From the NCBI GenBank assembly GCA_019358915.1, contig JAHHIM010000028.1, positions 1 to 58,601 on the forward strand: a stretch of DNA of 58,601 nt, given 5' to 3'. Below, in pieces: positions 38,587 to 48,112 of the stretch. The position numbers and the translations under genes were made by a program. Numbering within the stretch: position 1 is the first letter of the stretch; the number at the start of each line of letters is the position of its first letter. Source of the DNA: Trichormus sp. ATA11-4-KO1 (GTDB taxonomy: Bacteria; Cyanobacteriota; Cyanobacteriia; Cyanobacteriales; Nostocaceae). The notes below the pieces were generated by a model. That model was not told where the DNA came from. It saw nothing but the letters and a program-made list of their open reading frames with translations, and searched no databases.

Positions 38587-39890
38587 TATCGTACCCCAGT
38601 GACTACCATTTCAAATTCGGGAGGTACCATAATAAATCCACGCCGTACAGGCTTTATTGGTCTGTTCACAACTAATGCTAATTTCAAACGTGACAAAATT
38701 GTTCCCAACACAAGTTTTATCTCAAGCTGTGCTAAAGCAGCTCCAATACAACGGCGATTACCACCCCCAAAAGGTAAATATTCATAAGGAGAAAATTGCC
38801 TTTCTAAAAACCGTTCTGGCTTAAATTGCTTTGGTTCTGGGTAAGTTTCTGGTCGATGATGAGCTAGGTAAATTGAGACATTAACACTTGTTTCAGGTTC
38901 AAACCAATAACCCATTATTTCTATTGGCTTTTGAACAAAGCGTGAAAAGGAGAGCAAGGAAATTGGATACAGACGTAATGCCTCAGAACAAACTGCGCTA
39001 AGATAAGGCAGTCGTGCTATTTCACTTTTATCTCCAACAGAAATAATTTCGTTTATCAGGTTTTTATGAACTTCTGGTAAGTAGTGACTCCAGTATAATG
39101 ACCACGAAAGAGCAGCTGCGGTATTTTCATATCCCGCAAAAACTATTGTTATTAAAGAATCGCGTACTTCAGTCTCTTTCATTAATTGTCCAGATTCATC
39201 TCTTGCCTCTAAAAGCATAGCCAAAATATTGCTGCACGAAGCAGTACCCTGTTTTTTAGCCTCAGCAATGAGCGCATATAACACTCGATCAAGCTGCTGT
39301 ACCTGAATTTTTAAACTTTCTTGTAATATTGGTAAAATTGTTGCGGATATCAAAGTTAAAGGATGATTTATCAGATCAAACAATTTAAGCAGTTCTTTTT
39401 CAAGTTGATTGTAGAGAACACCTGCTTTTAGCCCAAACACAACATTTAGAATAATTTCCAAAGAAATTTCTTTCATGAGCGAATTAACTACAATAAACTT
39501 TCCCGGACTCCAGCGACTTATAACTTGTTCAGTTACTGCACAGATGATTTGACTGTATTCGCGGATTCGTTCTGAGTGAAAACAAGGCATCAACATCTTT
39601 TTTTGGCGTTGATGTTGCTCACCACTAAGAGATATAAGAGAATTCTCTCCCAGTAAGAAAGTGAGAGAATTAAACTTGCGATTTGGACTTAGATACTCTG
39701 GATCAGATGTAAAAATTTTTTGTATGGACTCCGGGCTACTAAAGTAAACAACCGGAGGAAGTTCATTCGCTAAAACTCTAAAAGTATCGCCATAACTTTG
39801 ATGCCAAGCATCCAAAGTTTCTAATGGGCGAAGGAAAAGCTGGAGAGCCTGAACTAAAGACGAATTTCTTGGCCCATCAAGAGCAGACAT
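38586..39890 (-). CDS. Cytochrome P450 (CYP110-like)
   Basis: EALR, FKPERF, PFGGGNRRCIG heme ligand; I-helix AGYENT. Confidence 0.95.
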   Translation of the reverse strand: MSALDGPRNSSLVQALQLFLRPLETLDAWHQSYGDTFRVLANELPPVVYFSSPESIQKIFTSDPEYLSPNRKFNSLTFLLGENSLISLSGEQHQRQKKMLMPCFHSERIREYSQIICAVTEQVISRWSPGKFIVVNSLMKEISLEIILNVVFGLKAGVLYNQLEKELLKLFDLINHPLTLISATILPILQESLKIQVQQLDRVLYALIAEAKKQGTASCSNILAMLLEARDESGQLMKETEVRDSLITIVFAGYENTAAALSWSLYWSHYLPEVHKNLINEIISVGDKSEIARLPYLSAVCSEALRLYPISLLSFSRFVQKPIEIMGYWFEPETSVNVSIYLAHHRPETYPEPKQFKPERFLERQFSPYEYLPFGGGNRRCIGAALAQLEIKLVLGTILSRLKLALVVNRPIKPVRRGFIMVPPEFEMVVTGVR

Positions 39891-39923
39891 AAGGAAACAA
39901 TTTCTTGATATCGTTGCTTTTTA

Positions 39924-39939
39924 AGTATACTAGTATACT
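39924..39939. promoter_or_regulatory. 16-bp perfect palindrome in the 70-bp divergent intergenic region
   Basis: AGTATACTAGTATACT between the P450 and TpsA starts. Confidence 0.45.
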
Positions 39940-39960
39940 GTATGTCAAGCAATTAAAATC

Positions 39961-42522
39961 ATGAAAACAAAATACAGCAGTTTTCTAAATGCAAGTGTAG
40001 TATCACTATTTATCTCTTTTTCAATATCAGTTTCATCAGAAGCTCAAATTACACAAGATATTAGTTTACCTAATAATACCAATGTCAAAATAGAAGATAA
40101 TAACAGAATTGTTGAAGGGGGTACTCAACTAGGAAATAATCTTTTTCACAGCTTTTCCGATTTCTCTGTCCCTACTGGAAGTATAGTTCATTTTAATAAT
40201 CCATTAGATATTAGAAATATCATTACTAGAGTTACTGGTAGCTCACTTTCTAATATTGATGGCTTAATTCGAGCAAACGGTATGGCTAATCTATTCTTAC
40301 TTAATCCTAATGGAATTGTTTTTGGTCAAAATGCCCGATTAGATATTGGCGGCTCTTTTGTTAGTAGTACAGCAAATAGTTTAAACTTTGCCGACGGTAC
40401 TAAGTTTAGTGTCAGAAATCCTAAAATTACATCTCTACTAACAGTAAGTGTTCCTGTTGGACTACAATTTGGCAGTAATTCCGGGACAATAGAAGTACAA
40501 GGTAATGGACATACTATTCAGCCTTTCGATGTTCTTTTCCCTCTCAATATCAGCAATTTTTCTGGTTTGCAAGTAAATCCTGGTAAAACTTTAGCTTTAA
40601 TAGGAAGAGATATTTTATTGAAAGGTGGAATACTCACCTCTGCTGATGGAAGAATTGAGTTAGGAAGCGTTAATACAGGAGAAGTAGATATTAGGCAGAT
40701 CAATGATTCGTTGTTTTTTGATTATGAAAAAGTTACAGAATTTTCTAAGATAAACTCTTTGGAAAATTCTTTAGTTTATGTCGGCAGTAGTGAAGGAGCC
40801 GAAAATAGTATTAATATTCAAGGAAGCGAAATAAGAACATTGGATGGATCTTTGATTATTAGCCAGAATTATGGTTCTAGAATTAATGGAGGAATAGATA
40901 TTAATGCCTCTAAGCTTCTAGAAGTCAAAGGACAGTCTCAATTTATAACTAGTGGTATCTTTACAAGTAATTTTCTACAGGCATTAGGAGAAAAACTTGA
41001 AATTAATTCAAGAGAAATTATAGTTGAAGGAGCACAAATAGCAACAACTTCTTTTAGTGAAAAATCTGGCGGCAATCTATCCATTAATAACGTTAATCAT
41101 TTAAGAATTGCTGGCACCAATCCTTCTCCAGTTAATCCTTTAGGTTTTGGTGGTATCAATACTTTTAGCTACGCCTCTGGCAGTGGAGGAGATATATTTG
41201 GAATAATCAAAAATGTAGAATTAGAGAATAGAGGATCTTTGGCTGCTATTTCTACTTCTATATTTTTTCCATCCTCTGGACAAAGCGGTAATTTGAATTT
41301 AAATTCAGAAAATATTTTGATTAAAAGTGGCAGCAGTTTAGGCTCTTTAACTTTTAGCGGAGGTGACAGTGGTAGTGTTAATATTAATGCAAAAAAATCA
41401 GTACAGGTAATAGGGCAATCTCCCTTTTTTGAGCCTAGCTTAATTCAATCTGCTACTTTTGGTGCTGGTAATGCTGGCAATTTAGAAATTAATACTTCAA
41501 GAATATTAGTTCGAGATGGAGGAACTATAAATACAAGTACAGTTTCTTTGGGCAACGCTGGAAATCTCAATATTCAAGCTTCTGATTTAATAGAAGTGTC
41601 AGGAATAAATTCCAATTCAAAAAGGCCTAGTTCAATATCATCATCAGGAACTATTGCAGAAGAAAACCTAAGACAAAGGTTCAATCTTCCTCCAACTCCT
41701 TCTGGTAATTCAGGAAATGTCAGAATAAGCACCGGGAGATTAAATGTTACAAATGGTTCTCAGGTTAGTGTCTTTAATGTTGGTTCTGGTAATGCAGGAG
41801 TACTTCAAATTGAAGCTAACAATATTAATGTCTTAAATACTGGAAGTATAGTTGCAACCACTGCTATTGGACAGGGAGGTGATATTACTCTTCAGTCAAA
41901 ATATATCCAGCTTCGCAATGGCGATATCTCTGCAACTGCTGGACAACAAGGCAGTGATGGTAACGGTGGAAATATCACCATTAATACAGATATTCTGCTT
42001 GCCATCAAAAATAGTAGCATTACTGCCAATGCCTTTGAAGGGCGGGGTGGTAACATTAAAATCGATACCAAGGGGCTATTCCTCTCTCCTGACAGCCAAA
42101 TCACAGCCAGTTCAGAAAGAGGTATTGACGGTACGGTTCAAATCAATTCTTTAATTAGAAACCACGTAGAAACCACGGCAGAACCAGAAGCAGTTCAAGC
42201 AGACACTAAGATCGCATCAGTTTGTCAAGGGCGATCTGGCACAATAGCCAGTAGTAAATTGACCATTACTGGTACTGGCGGACTACCCCCTAGCTCTAAC
42301 GATTTACTAGACAGTAATTTTGTTTTAAATAATTCCTTTGTTTCACTTCAAAAAACTGATAATAATACAGTGAGTAAACAGTTAATATCTGAAGAACCAA
42401 TAGGAATTGTAGAAGCTCAAGGTTTAATGCAAAATTCTCATGGGAAATTATTCTTGACAGCAGAACCTAATTCAGTAATCCCTAATACTTCATTATCTGC
42501 TCATTCATGTGCGGGAGGATGA
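39961..42522 (+). CDS. Filamentous haemagglutinin-like TpsA exoprotein
   Basis: Signal peptide, NLFHSFSDF, SNIDGLI, NLFLLNPNGIVFG TPS domain, GNAGNL beta-helix repeats. Confidence 0.92.
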   Translation: MKTKYSSFLNASVVSLFISFSISVSSEAQITQDISLPNNTNVKIEDNNRIVEGGTQLGNNLFHSFSDFSVPTGSIVHFNNPLDIRNIITRVTGSSLSNIDGLIRANGMANLFLLNPNGIVFGQNARLDIGGSFVSSTANSLNFADGTKFSVRNPKITSLLTVSVPVGLQFGSNSGTIEVQGNGHTIQPFDVLFPLNISNFSGLQVNPGKTLALIGRDILLKGGILTSADGRIELGSVNTGEVDIRQINDSLFFDYEKVTEFSKINSLENSLVYVGSSEGAENSINIQGSEIRTLDGSLIISQNYGSRINGGIDINASKLLEVKGQSQFITSGIFTSNFLQALGEKLEINSREIIVEGAQIATTSFSEKSGGNLSINNVNHLRIAGTNPSPVNPLGFGGINTFSYASGSGGDIFGIIKNVELENRGSLAAISTSIFFPSSGQSGNLNLNSENILIKSGSSLGSLTFSGGDSGSVNINAKKSVQVIGQSPFFEPSLIQSATFGAGNAGNLEINTSRILVRDGGTINTSTVSLGNAGNLNIQASDLIEVSGINSNSKRPSSISSSGTIAEENLRQRFNLPPTPSGNSGNVRISTGRLNVTNGSQVSVFNVGSGNAGVLQIEANNINVLNTGSIVATTAIGQGGDITLQSKYIQLRNGDISATAGQQGSDGNGGNITINTDILLAIKNSSITANAFEGRGGNIKIDTKGLFLSPDSQITASSERGIDGTVQINSLIRNHVETTAEPEAVQADTKIASVCQGRSGTIASSKLTITGTGGLPPSSNDLLDSNFVLNNSFVSLQKTDNNTVSKQLISEEPIGIVEAQGLMQNSHGKLFLTAEPNSVIPNTSLSAHSCAGG

Positions 42523-42763
42523 ACAGCACAAGTATTCCCAGAGATAAAAACAGAGCTTTAAACAACTAGACATGGGCTAAAGCATTCATAACAGAACGAC
42601 TACAGACTACCAGTTTGAAAAGCCTACTTTTGTGCTGGGTAAAGTTAACTTCAAGATGAAAATCCTGATTTTCACTTGTAAATATTTTAAAAATTGTAGA
42701 AACTTAAGGTTTAATACAAAATTTTCCCTGAGTGAAAATTACTCTTGACGGCGGAACCTAATA

Positions 42764-45256
42764 ATGACTAAATATCGATATTGGCCAAAGTACCTACTAA
42801 TAGGTACTTTGGCTCTTTTTATAGTTGTAGTTCAACTATCTTTTATCCCGGTTCAAGCTGTCCAAAAAGCACAACAACAGCAGGCAGAGTTATTAACCCA
42901 GAGAGGTCAAGAGCAATTGAATCAAGGTCAGGCGGCAGAGGCCTTTAAGTCCTGGCGACAAGCTACAAAAATCTATCATCAACTAAGAAATTCTGAAAGT
43001 GTTACTGGAAGTTTAATTAATCAAAACTTCGCTCTACAAGCTTTGGGTTTATATCCTCAGTCCTGTACAACACTTTTAGAGGCTTTGAAATTAGATTCTT
43101 GGATTTGCGCTACTTCGCTAGAACAACCTAGCGTTTCAATTACTGAACTGTTAACGGCAGCTATTGATAAACAAACCCCCTCACCTGTAACTTTGGTTGG
43201 ATTGCAGAACCTAGGAAATGTCTTGCGTCGATTGGGCAAGCTCTCTGAATCAGAAGTAGTTTTGCAGAGAACATTATTTCTTGCCAAACAGATACCTTCT
43301 TTTGATATCAATACAATTTTACTATCTTTGGGGAATACTAAACACTCTATTTACAAGCAAACACAAGATAAATACTACTGGATAGATGAACCCGTTTTTA
43401 AAAAAGAAGCCGCCAATCTAATTCAGCAAAAAGCACTCGAATCACTTGAGGCATACAAACAAGTTAATAATACGTCAGATGTACCAATCACAAAGCTACA
43501 ATCCCAACTAAATTGTTTGAAACTGCTGTTAAATTTTGATAAATGGTTGAAAGAAGAATCCAAATTAGATAATACTAACTCATCCTTCTATCTGTCTGAA
43601 ATTAATCAATATATCCAACAGTTGGTAAATTTAATACAAGAAAATTCTCCTACGTTTTCTCAACTGCCTCTGAGCCAATCTGTTTATGCCAAGCTTAATT
43701 TTGCTAACAGTTTAAATCAAATTTCAGATGAATTACACTCAATAGCTGTTGAGTATGCTGAAAGTGCTTTACAAACTGCTCAAAGCACGAACAACCAGCG
43801 ACTAAAATCAGAAAGTTTAGGTACTTTAGGTAAATTAAAACTAAAGCAATCACAAACCTATTTTGAAGAAGCTTTATCCCAAGCTCAATCAATTCGAGCA
43901 TGGGATCTTGCCTACCAATGGCAGCAGGAATTAGGGTATCTATACCAAAAACAGGGAAAAACAAAAGCAGCCCTTAAAGCCTATGGTGCCGCGATTGAGA
44001 GTATTACTCAAGTCCGCGATAATCTCCTGTCAACCAATGCAGATTTGCAGTTTTCTTTTTATGAAAAAGTGGAACCTGTATATCGCGATTATATGCGATT
44101 GCTTTTAGCATCTCCTCAGCCTAATTTAAAACAAGTACTTCAGACAAACGAACGACTACAAACAGCAGAACTAGAAAACTTTCTACAATGTGGCAAACTT
44201 GATATTATCCCTTTGAATGAAGTTAAAAACCTGCCTAGCTCTCCACCAGTAATTCACATTATTGATTTGGGTGACAGTATAGAAGTGCTTGTGCAATCAA
44301 CAGATGCTTCTCTTCACCGCCATTCTGTTGATTCAAAATTAATTCGAGAGCATGTTGATAATTTATTAGACATTTTGCAATCTCCTAAGTTAGCTTCTAT
44401 TACTAAAAACCTAATTCTTGCACATTCTCAAGCACTTTATAATTTACTGATTGCACCTATTAAAACATACTTACCCTCATCAGGAACAATAGTATTTATT
44501 TTAGATACATCTTTCCAAAGCTTGCCTATGGGATTGCTATATGACGGGAAAGATTATTTATTTCAACACTACAACATTGCAGAAACTTTGGGTTCTAAGG
44601 TCAGGCAACCCAAATTTTTATCTAAAAAACAGATGCGCGCTTTGATCGCTGGGCTATCTCAGGTTGGACCCAGTTTCAGTGACGCAAATTCTCCACTAGG
44701 CATCAAAGCACTACCAGGAGTAGAAGTAGAAGTAGAAAATATACAAAAACAAACTACCTCTTCAAAGGTATTGCTAAATGACCAGTTTACCAGCCAAAGA
44801 CTTGAGCAGCAATTGAGTACAACCGATTATCCTATTATTCATCTCAGCACTCATGCTCAATTTAGTTCCGATGTTCAGCGAACAATTTTTTTTACATGGG
44901 ACAAACTGGTGACCGTATTAGAGTTTAATAGTTTGCTAAAACATAAAACTCAAACTAGTGAAAATGCTATTGAGTTATTAGTTTTGAGTGCTTGCGAAAC
45001 TGCGAAAGGAAATAAGCGTTCAGCACTGGGAATAGCTGGAGTAGCAGCACAAGCTGGAGCAAGAACTACTGTAGCAACTTTGTGGAAAGTAGATGCCGGC
45101 TCCACTGCTTTACTGATGGAAGAATTTTACAAGAACTTGAACAATGCTCCCAAAGCAGAAGCACTTAGGCTTGCACAGATGAGTTTATTCTCCAATCCTC
45201 AATACAAACATCCTTATTTTTGGGCTGGCTTTGTGCTTGTCGGTGGATGGTTATGA
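42764..45256 (+). CDS. Secreted TPR plus CHAT (caspase-like) domain protein
   Basis: N-terminal signal/TM segment, TPRs, HLSTHAQF, LVLSACET, HPYFWAGFVLVG. Confidence 0.92.
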   Translation: MTKYRYWPKYLLIGTLALFIVVVQLSFIPVQAVQKAQQQQAELLTQRGQEQLNQGQAAEAFKSWRQATKIYHQLRNSESVTGSLINQNFALQALGLYPQSCTTLLEALKLDSWICATSLEQPSVSITELLTAAIDKQTPSPVTLVGLQNLGNVLRRLGKLSESEVVLQRTLFLAKQIPSFDINTILLSLGNTKHSIYKQTQDKYYWIDEPVFKKEAANLIQQKALESLEAYKQVNNTSDVPITKLQSQLNCLKLLLNFDKWLKEESKLDNTNSSFYLSEINQYIQQLVNLIQENSPTFSQLPLSQSVYAKLNFANSLNQISDELHSIAVEYAESALQTAQSTNNQRLKSESLGTLGKLKLKQSQTYFEEALSQAQSIRAWDLAYQWQQELGYLYQKQGKTKAALKAYGAAIESITQVRDNLLSTNADLQFSFYEKVEPVYRDYMRLLLASPQPNLKQVLQTNERLQTAELENFLQCGKLDIIPLNEVKNLPSSPPVIHIIDLGDSIEVLVQSTDASLHRHSVDSKLIREHVDNLLDILQSPKLASITKNLILAHSQALYNLLIAPIKTYLPSSGTIVFILDTSFQSLPMGLLYDGKDYLFQHYNIAETLGSKVRQPKFLSKKQMRALIAGLSQVGPSFSDANSPLGIKALPGVEVEVENIQKQTTSSKVLLNDQFTSQRLEQQLSTTDYPIIHLSTHAQFSSDVQRTIFFTWDKLVTVLEFNSLLKHKTQTSENAIELLVLSACETAKGNKRSALGIAGVAAQAGARTTVATLWKVDAGSTALLMEEFYKNLNNAPKAEALRLAQMSLFSNPQYKHPYFWAGFVLVGGWL

Positions 45257-45261
45257 AACTC

Positions 45262-45340
45262 TGTTAGTGGAAGCATAAGTTGTCTATAAAACACTATTTA
45301 TGCTTCTAATTGAGTTTGGACAACTTATGCTTCCATTTAT
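45262..45340. repeat. Transposon end distal to tnsAB, with TnsB-binding sites
   Basis: tggaagcataagttgtct at 45268-45285; degenerate site near 45290-45307; ggacaacttatgcttcca at 45318-45335. Confidence 0.85.
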
Positions 45341-45363
45341 ATAATCTGTCACAATTAGTTTGC

Positions 45364-46929
45364 TTATTTTTCATAACCTAGCTCACGACGTATTTTCTTA
45401 AACTCAGCACGAACATGTGGTCTAAGCAACACCGCAGGCTTAGTCAATAATGCTGAAACCTTTCCACTCGTTGGTTTTATTCCTTTTTGGTGAAGTGACA
45501 GTGCAACCTGCCGGATCTCTTCATAAAGCTCACTTTTCCTTTTTTTGCTTTCAGCTTTTCGATACTGGCTATGTCTTGCTGAGATTGTGTCGCACAAATC
45601 TGAGCAATGTTCCCGCCAGAAATAAGGATACCCAGTAATTTTCACTTGCCTGGCAACCTCCATCAACGAAGGTGGCGGTAAATCATCGTTTTCTATTACT
45701 GCTTGCAGGAGGGTGCGTGTATTGGCTATTTTTTGATTAAGTCTATATTCCCTATACCGCTGTGAGATAGAACGGCAAATATCTGGAACCCATGCTTTCA
45801 AAACCGTGCGGTTAGTATTGAGTCTCTTTATAACCATTTCAAAGCTCGGTGGCGGAAATTCCTCTAAAGCATCTTGTAGTATTAAAATTACCTGAGGACG
45901 ATTCAGTCGATTGCGCTTCTTAGGGCACTGTATTGGCGGGCTAACAAACTGCTTTAATTCACTAAACCCTATCTCATTCGTTGGAGTTATCAAGAAATTT
46001 GTCAAAGAAGTATTTAGGTGAAAACATATTTTTAAGAGTTGGTTTAGCTGAGGTTTCGCCTTGTCAATAACCCAATTATGAAAGGACGTTTCCGGTTGTT
46101 CAATAATACGAGAGAATGCATTAATTTTGCCACCTGTTACATAATTAATGTAAAGTTTTAACACTTCTTTAATTCTGGCTTGAGGTACTGGAGAGCGAAG
46201 ATAATTTCCGGCTACAAGTAATTGTCCAATATTTCCTACTACCCATAACTGCCAGTTGAGTTCATGCTCTGGTAAAGACTCCAAACTAGAAGAATGCCCT
46301 AACCATCGACTACAGTGTGGACAGTATCCTGGTAAAGAATTGGACTTCAGCAAAGATGGAACCCGTTCACAATAAGGACACTTCTGAAACAAACGAGTCT
46401 GGTGGATTGGGCAGATTGTCACAAGATTAAATGACCAGATGAGTGGATCATAAGCTCCATGATGAGTCAAGTTTTGCATTTCATAACACGTTGGACACCA
46501 TGCTTTAAAGGAGCGAAGTAACCCTTGTGATGCAAGAACTTCCGCCCAAGACAGTACAGTCAAACTGCGTAAATCGTTCCGCAGAGTTAATCTCTCAAGT
46601 ACTTCAATAACGCTTACAACCGTCTTTCCAGCACCATTCAACATACTTGTCTGAGCAGAGTTTCCTCCCCAAATTGCCCTTATCCCTGACTGAGCATCGC
46701 TGTATACAAAGTCAGGTCTAATCAAAGGGGCAATAAGCTTGCCAATTAAAACACCAGGGCGTAATCCATGCTCTTGCGCCAGACGAATAACATAACTCGT
46801 TAAACTCTCCAAGGTTGGTGTTCCAGCCCCAGCAGGCTCTAATGAGTAAAGTCGGCTACGTGGGGGAATGGGAAGTTGCTGAAGATTCCAGGAATCGTAT
46901 GTTGTCAACGAATCAGCCAGCAGATTCAT
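45364..46929 (-). CDS. tniQ: TniQ/TnsD target-selector protein
   Basis: ESLTSYVIRLA, Zn ligands CPTC/CPIH/CPYC/CPHC, C-terminal HTH repeats; 521 aa, TnsD-like length. Confidence 0.88.
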   Translation of the reverse strand: MNLLADSLTTYDSWNLQQLPIPPRSRLYSLEPAGAGTPTLESLTSYVIRLAQEHGLRPGVLIGKLIAPLIRPDFVYSDAQSGIRAIWGGNSAQTSMLNGAGKTVVSVIEVLERLTLRNDLRSLTVLSWAEVLASQGLLRSFKAWCPTCYEMQNLTHHGAYDPLIWSFNLVTICPIHQTRLFQKCPYCERVPSLLKSNSLPGYCPHCSRWLGHSSSLESLPEHELNWQLWVVGNIGQLLVAGNYLRSPVPQARIKEVLKLYINYVTGGKINAFSRIIEQPETSFHNWVIDKAKPQLNQLLKICFHLNTSLTNFLITPTNEIGFSELKQFVSPPIQCPKKRNRLNRPQVILILQDALEEFPPPSFEMVIKRLNTNRTVLKAWVPDICRSISQRYREYRLNQKIANTRTLLQAVIENDDLPPPSLMEVARQVKITGYPYFWREHCSDLCDTISARHSQYRKAESKKRKSELYEEIRQVALSLHQKGIKPTSGKVSALLTKPAVLLRPHVRAEFKKIRRELGYEK

Positions 46930-48112
46930 AAATTCCTCCCACTGGATCTCGTATTACTTTGCGCTTACCAACATTGCGCTTTTTACAACTGAGTTTTTCT
47001 GGCACTGACTGAGATTGGCTGTCAACCTCAAACGGGGTAGGAGAAGCCTGTACTAGTCCAGCACTCAACCCCAAAGCTAAACTTAATTTCTCGCTTGCAT
47101 CGGACGTTTCAACTAATTGTCGCTCACCCTCCTGAATCTCAGCGAACATCTTCTGACACTGGGCTACTGATAATGCATGGTTTTCTAAATGTTGGAGAGT
47201 TAAAGTCGATGCGTTTTCTTTGAGAGCATCAATCAAAGCGCGAGTCAGCCAGTTCTTCAAAACCCCAATACATCCCAAAGAACGCTGATAACAATATTGC
47301 CAATGACACAGAAGATCTGGCTCCTGTGGCAAGGGCAGATGTCGCTGAAAAGTCAGCAAAATGCCCATAAAGGCCTTGAGGTCTTCACTTACATCAGCCC
47401 GGTAACGAGAAAAGTGAATATCGACACTCCGACGACTCAGTTGAGCTGAGAGATTCCGAAATATCAGTAATTCATAAGTTCCAATCAAGATATGTACCAC
47501 ACCCGTCAGATTCACAATCGATTTCAGGCAATCCAAGTTGTCTTGAAGGCGACGACCTGAAGCCATTTTTTGCATATGTTGAGCTTCATCCACAAAGAAT
47601 GCCTGGGGTTGCCGATATTTCAAGGCTTTTTCCAAAGCTCTACGCAGTTCTGGAGCCGCAACTTTGGGCTGAATCACTAACTGCCCCTGTTCATTGCGAT
47701 AAACGCCCTGAGAACCATAATCTATCTTGTCTGCAATCAACGGTTCTTCCAAGGCTATTAGCCCACGCGTAAAATAATCTTTCCAGTTAAAACTGCTAGA
47801 TTCGGTTCCAACGGCTTCAATCCCCACCACTGGAATTCGGTCTTTATCTGCTTCTAACAAAGGTAATACCTGTTGAATTAGCTTTTGTTCAGTGCGTAAA
47901 CGCATGGTCGTTTTACCGATGCCAGTCGGACCGTACACAAAAATGAACGAAGCACCCGCTGGATTTTCAATATTTTGCAGCAGCGTTTTTGTCGCCTGTA
48001 CCAGACGAGGATGTGCAGCTTTATAGGACTCAAAATACTGAAGTCGCTCAGATAGTGGCTGTTTGAGCAGGTCGCGCGGGAAGCGTTGAGAAGCTGACGT
48101 TTCCATCTTCAA
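46913..48112 (-). CDS. tnsC: TnsC AAA+ transposition regulator
   Basis: HPRL, GPTGIGKT, FVDEAQH, QLSRR, SLGCIGVLKNWL. Confidence 0.9.
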   Translation of the reverse strand: MKMETSASQRFPRDLLKQPLSERLQYFESYKAAHPRLVQATKTLLQNIENPAGASFIFVYGPTGIGKTTMRLRTEQKLIQQVLPLLEADKDRIPVVGIEAVGTESSSFNWKDYFTRGLIALEEPLIADKIDYGSQGVYRNEQGQLVIQPKVAAPELRRALEKALKYRQPQAFFVDEAQHMQKMASGRRLQDNLDCLKSIVNLTGVVHILIGTYELLIFRNLSAQLSRRSVDIHFSRYRADVSEDLKAFMGILLTFQRHLPLPQEPDLLCHWQYCYQRSLGCIGVLKNWLTRALIDALKENASTLTLQHLENHALSVAQCQKMFAEIQEGERQLVETSDASEKLSLALGLSAGLVQASPTPFEVDSQSQSVPEKLSCKKRNVGKRKVIRDPVGGIYESAG

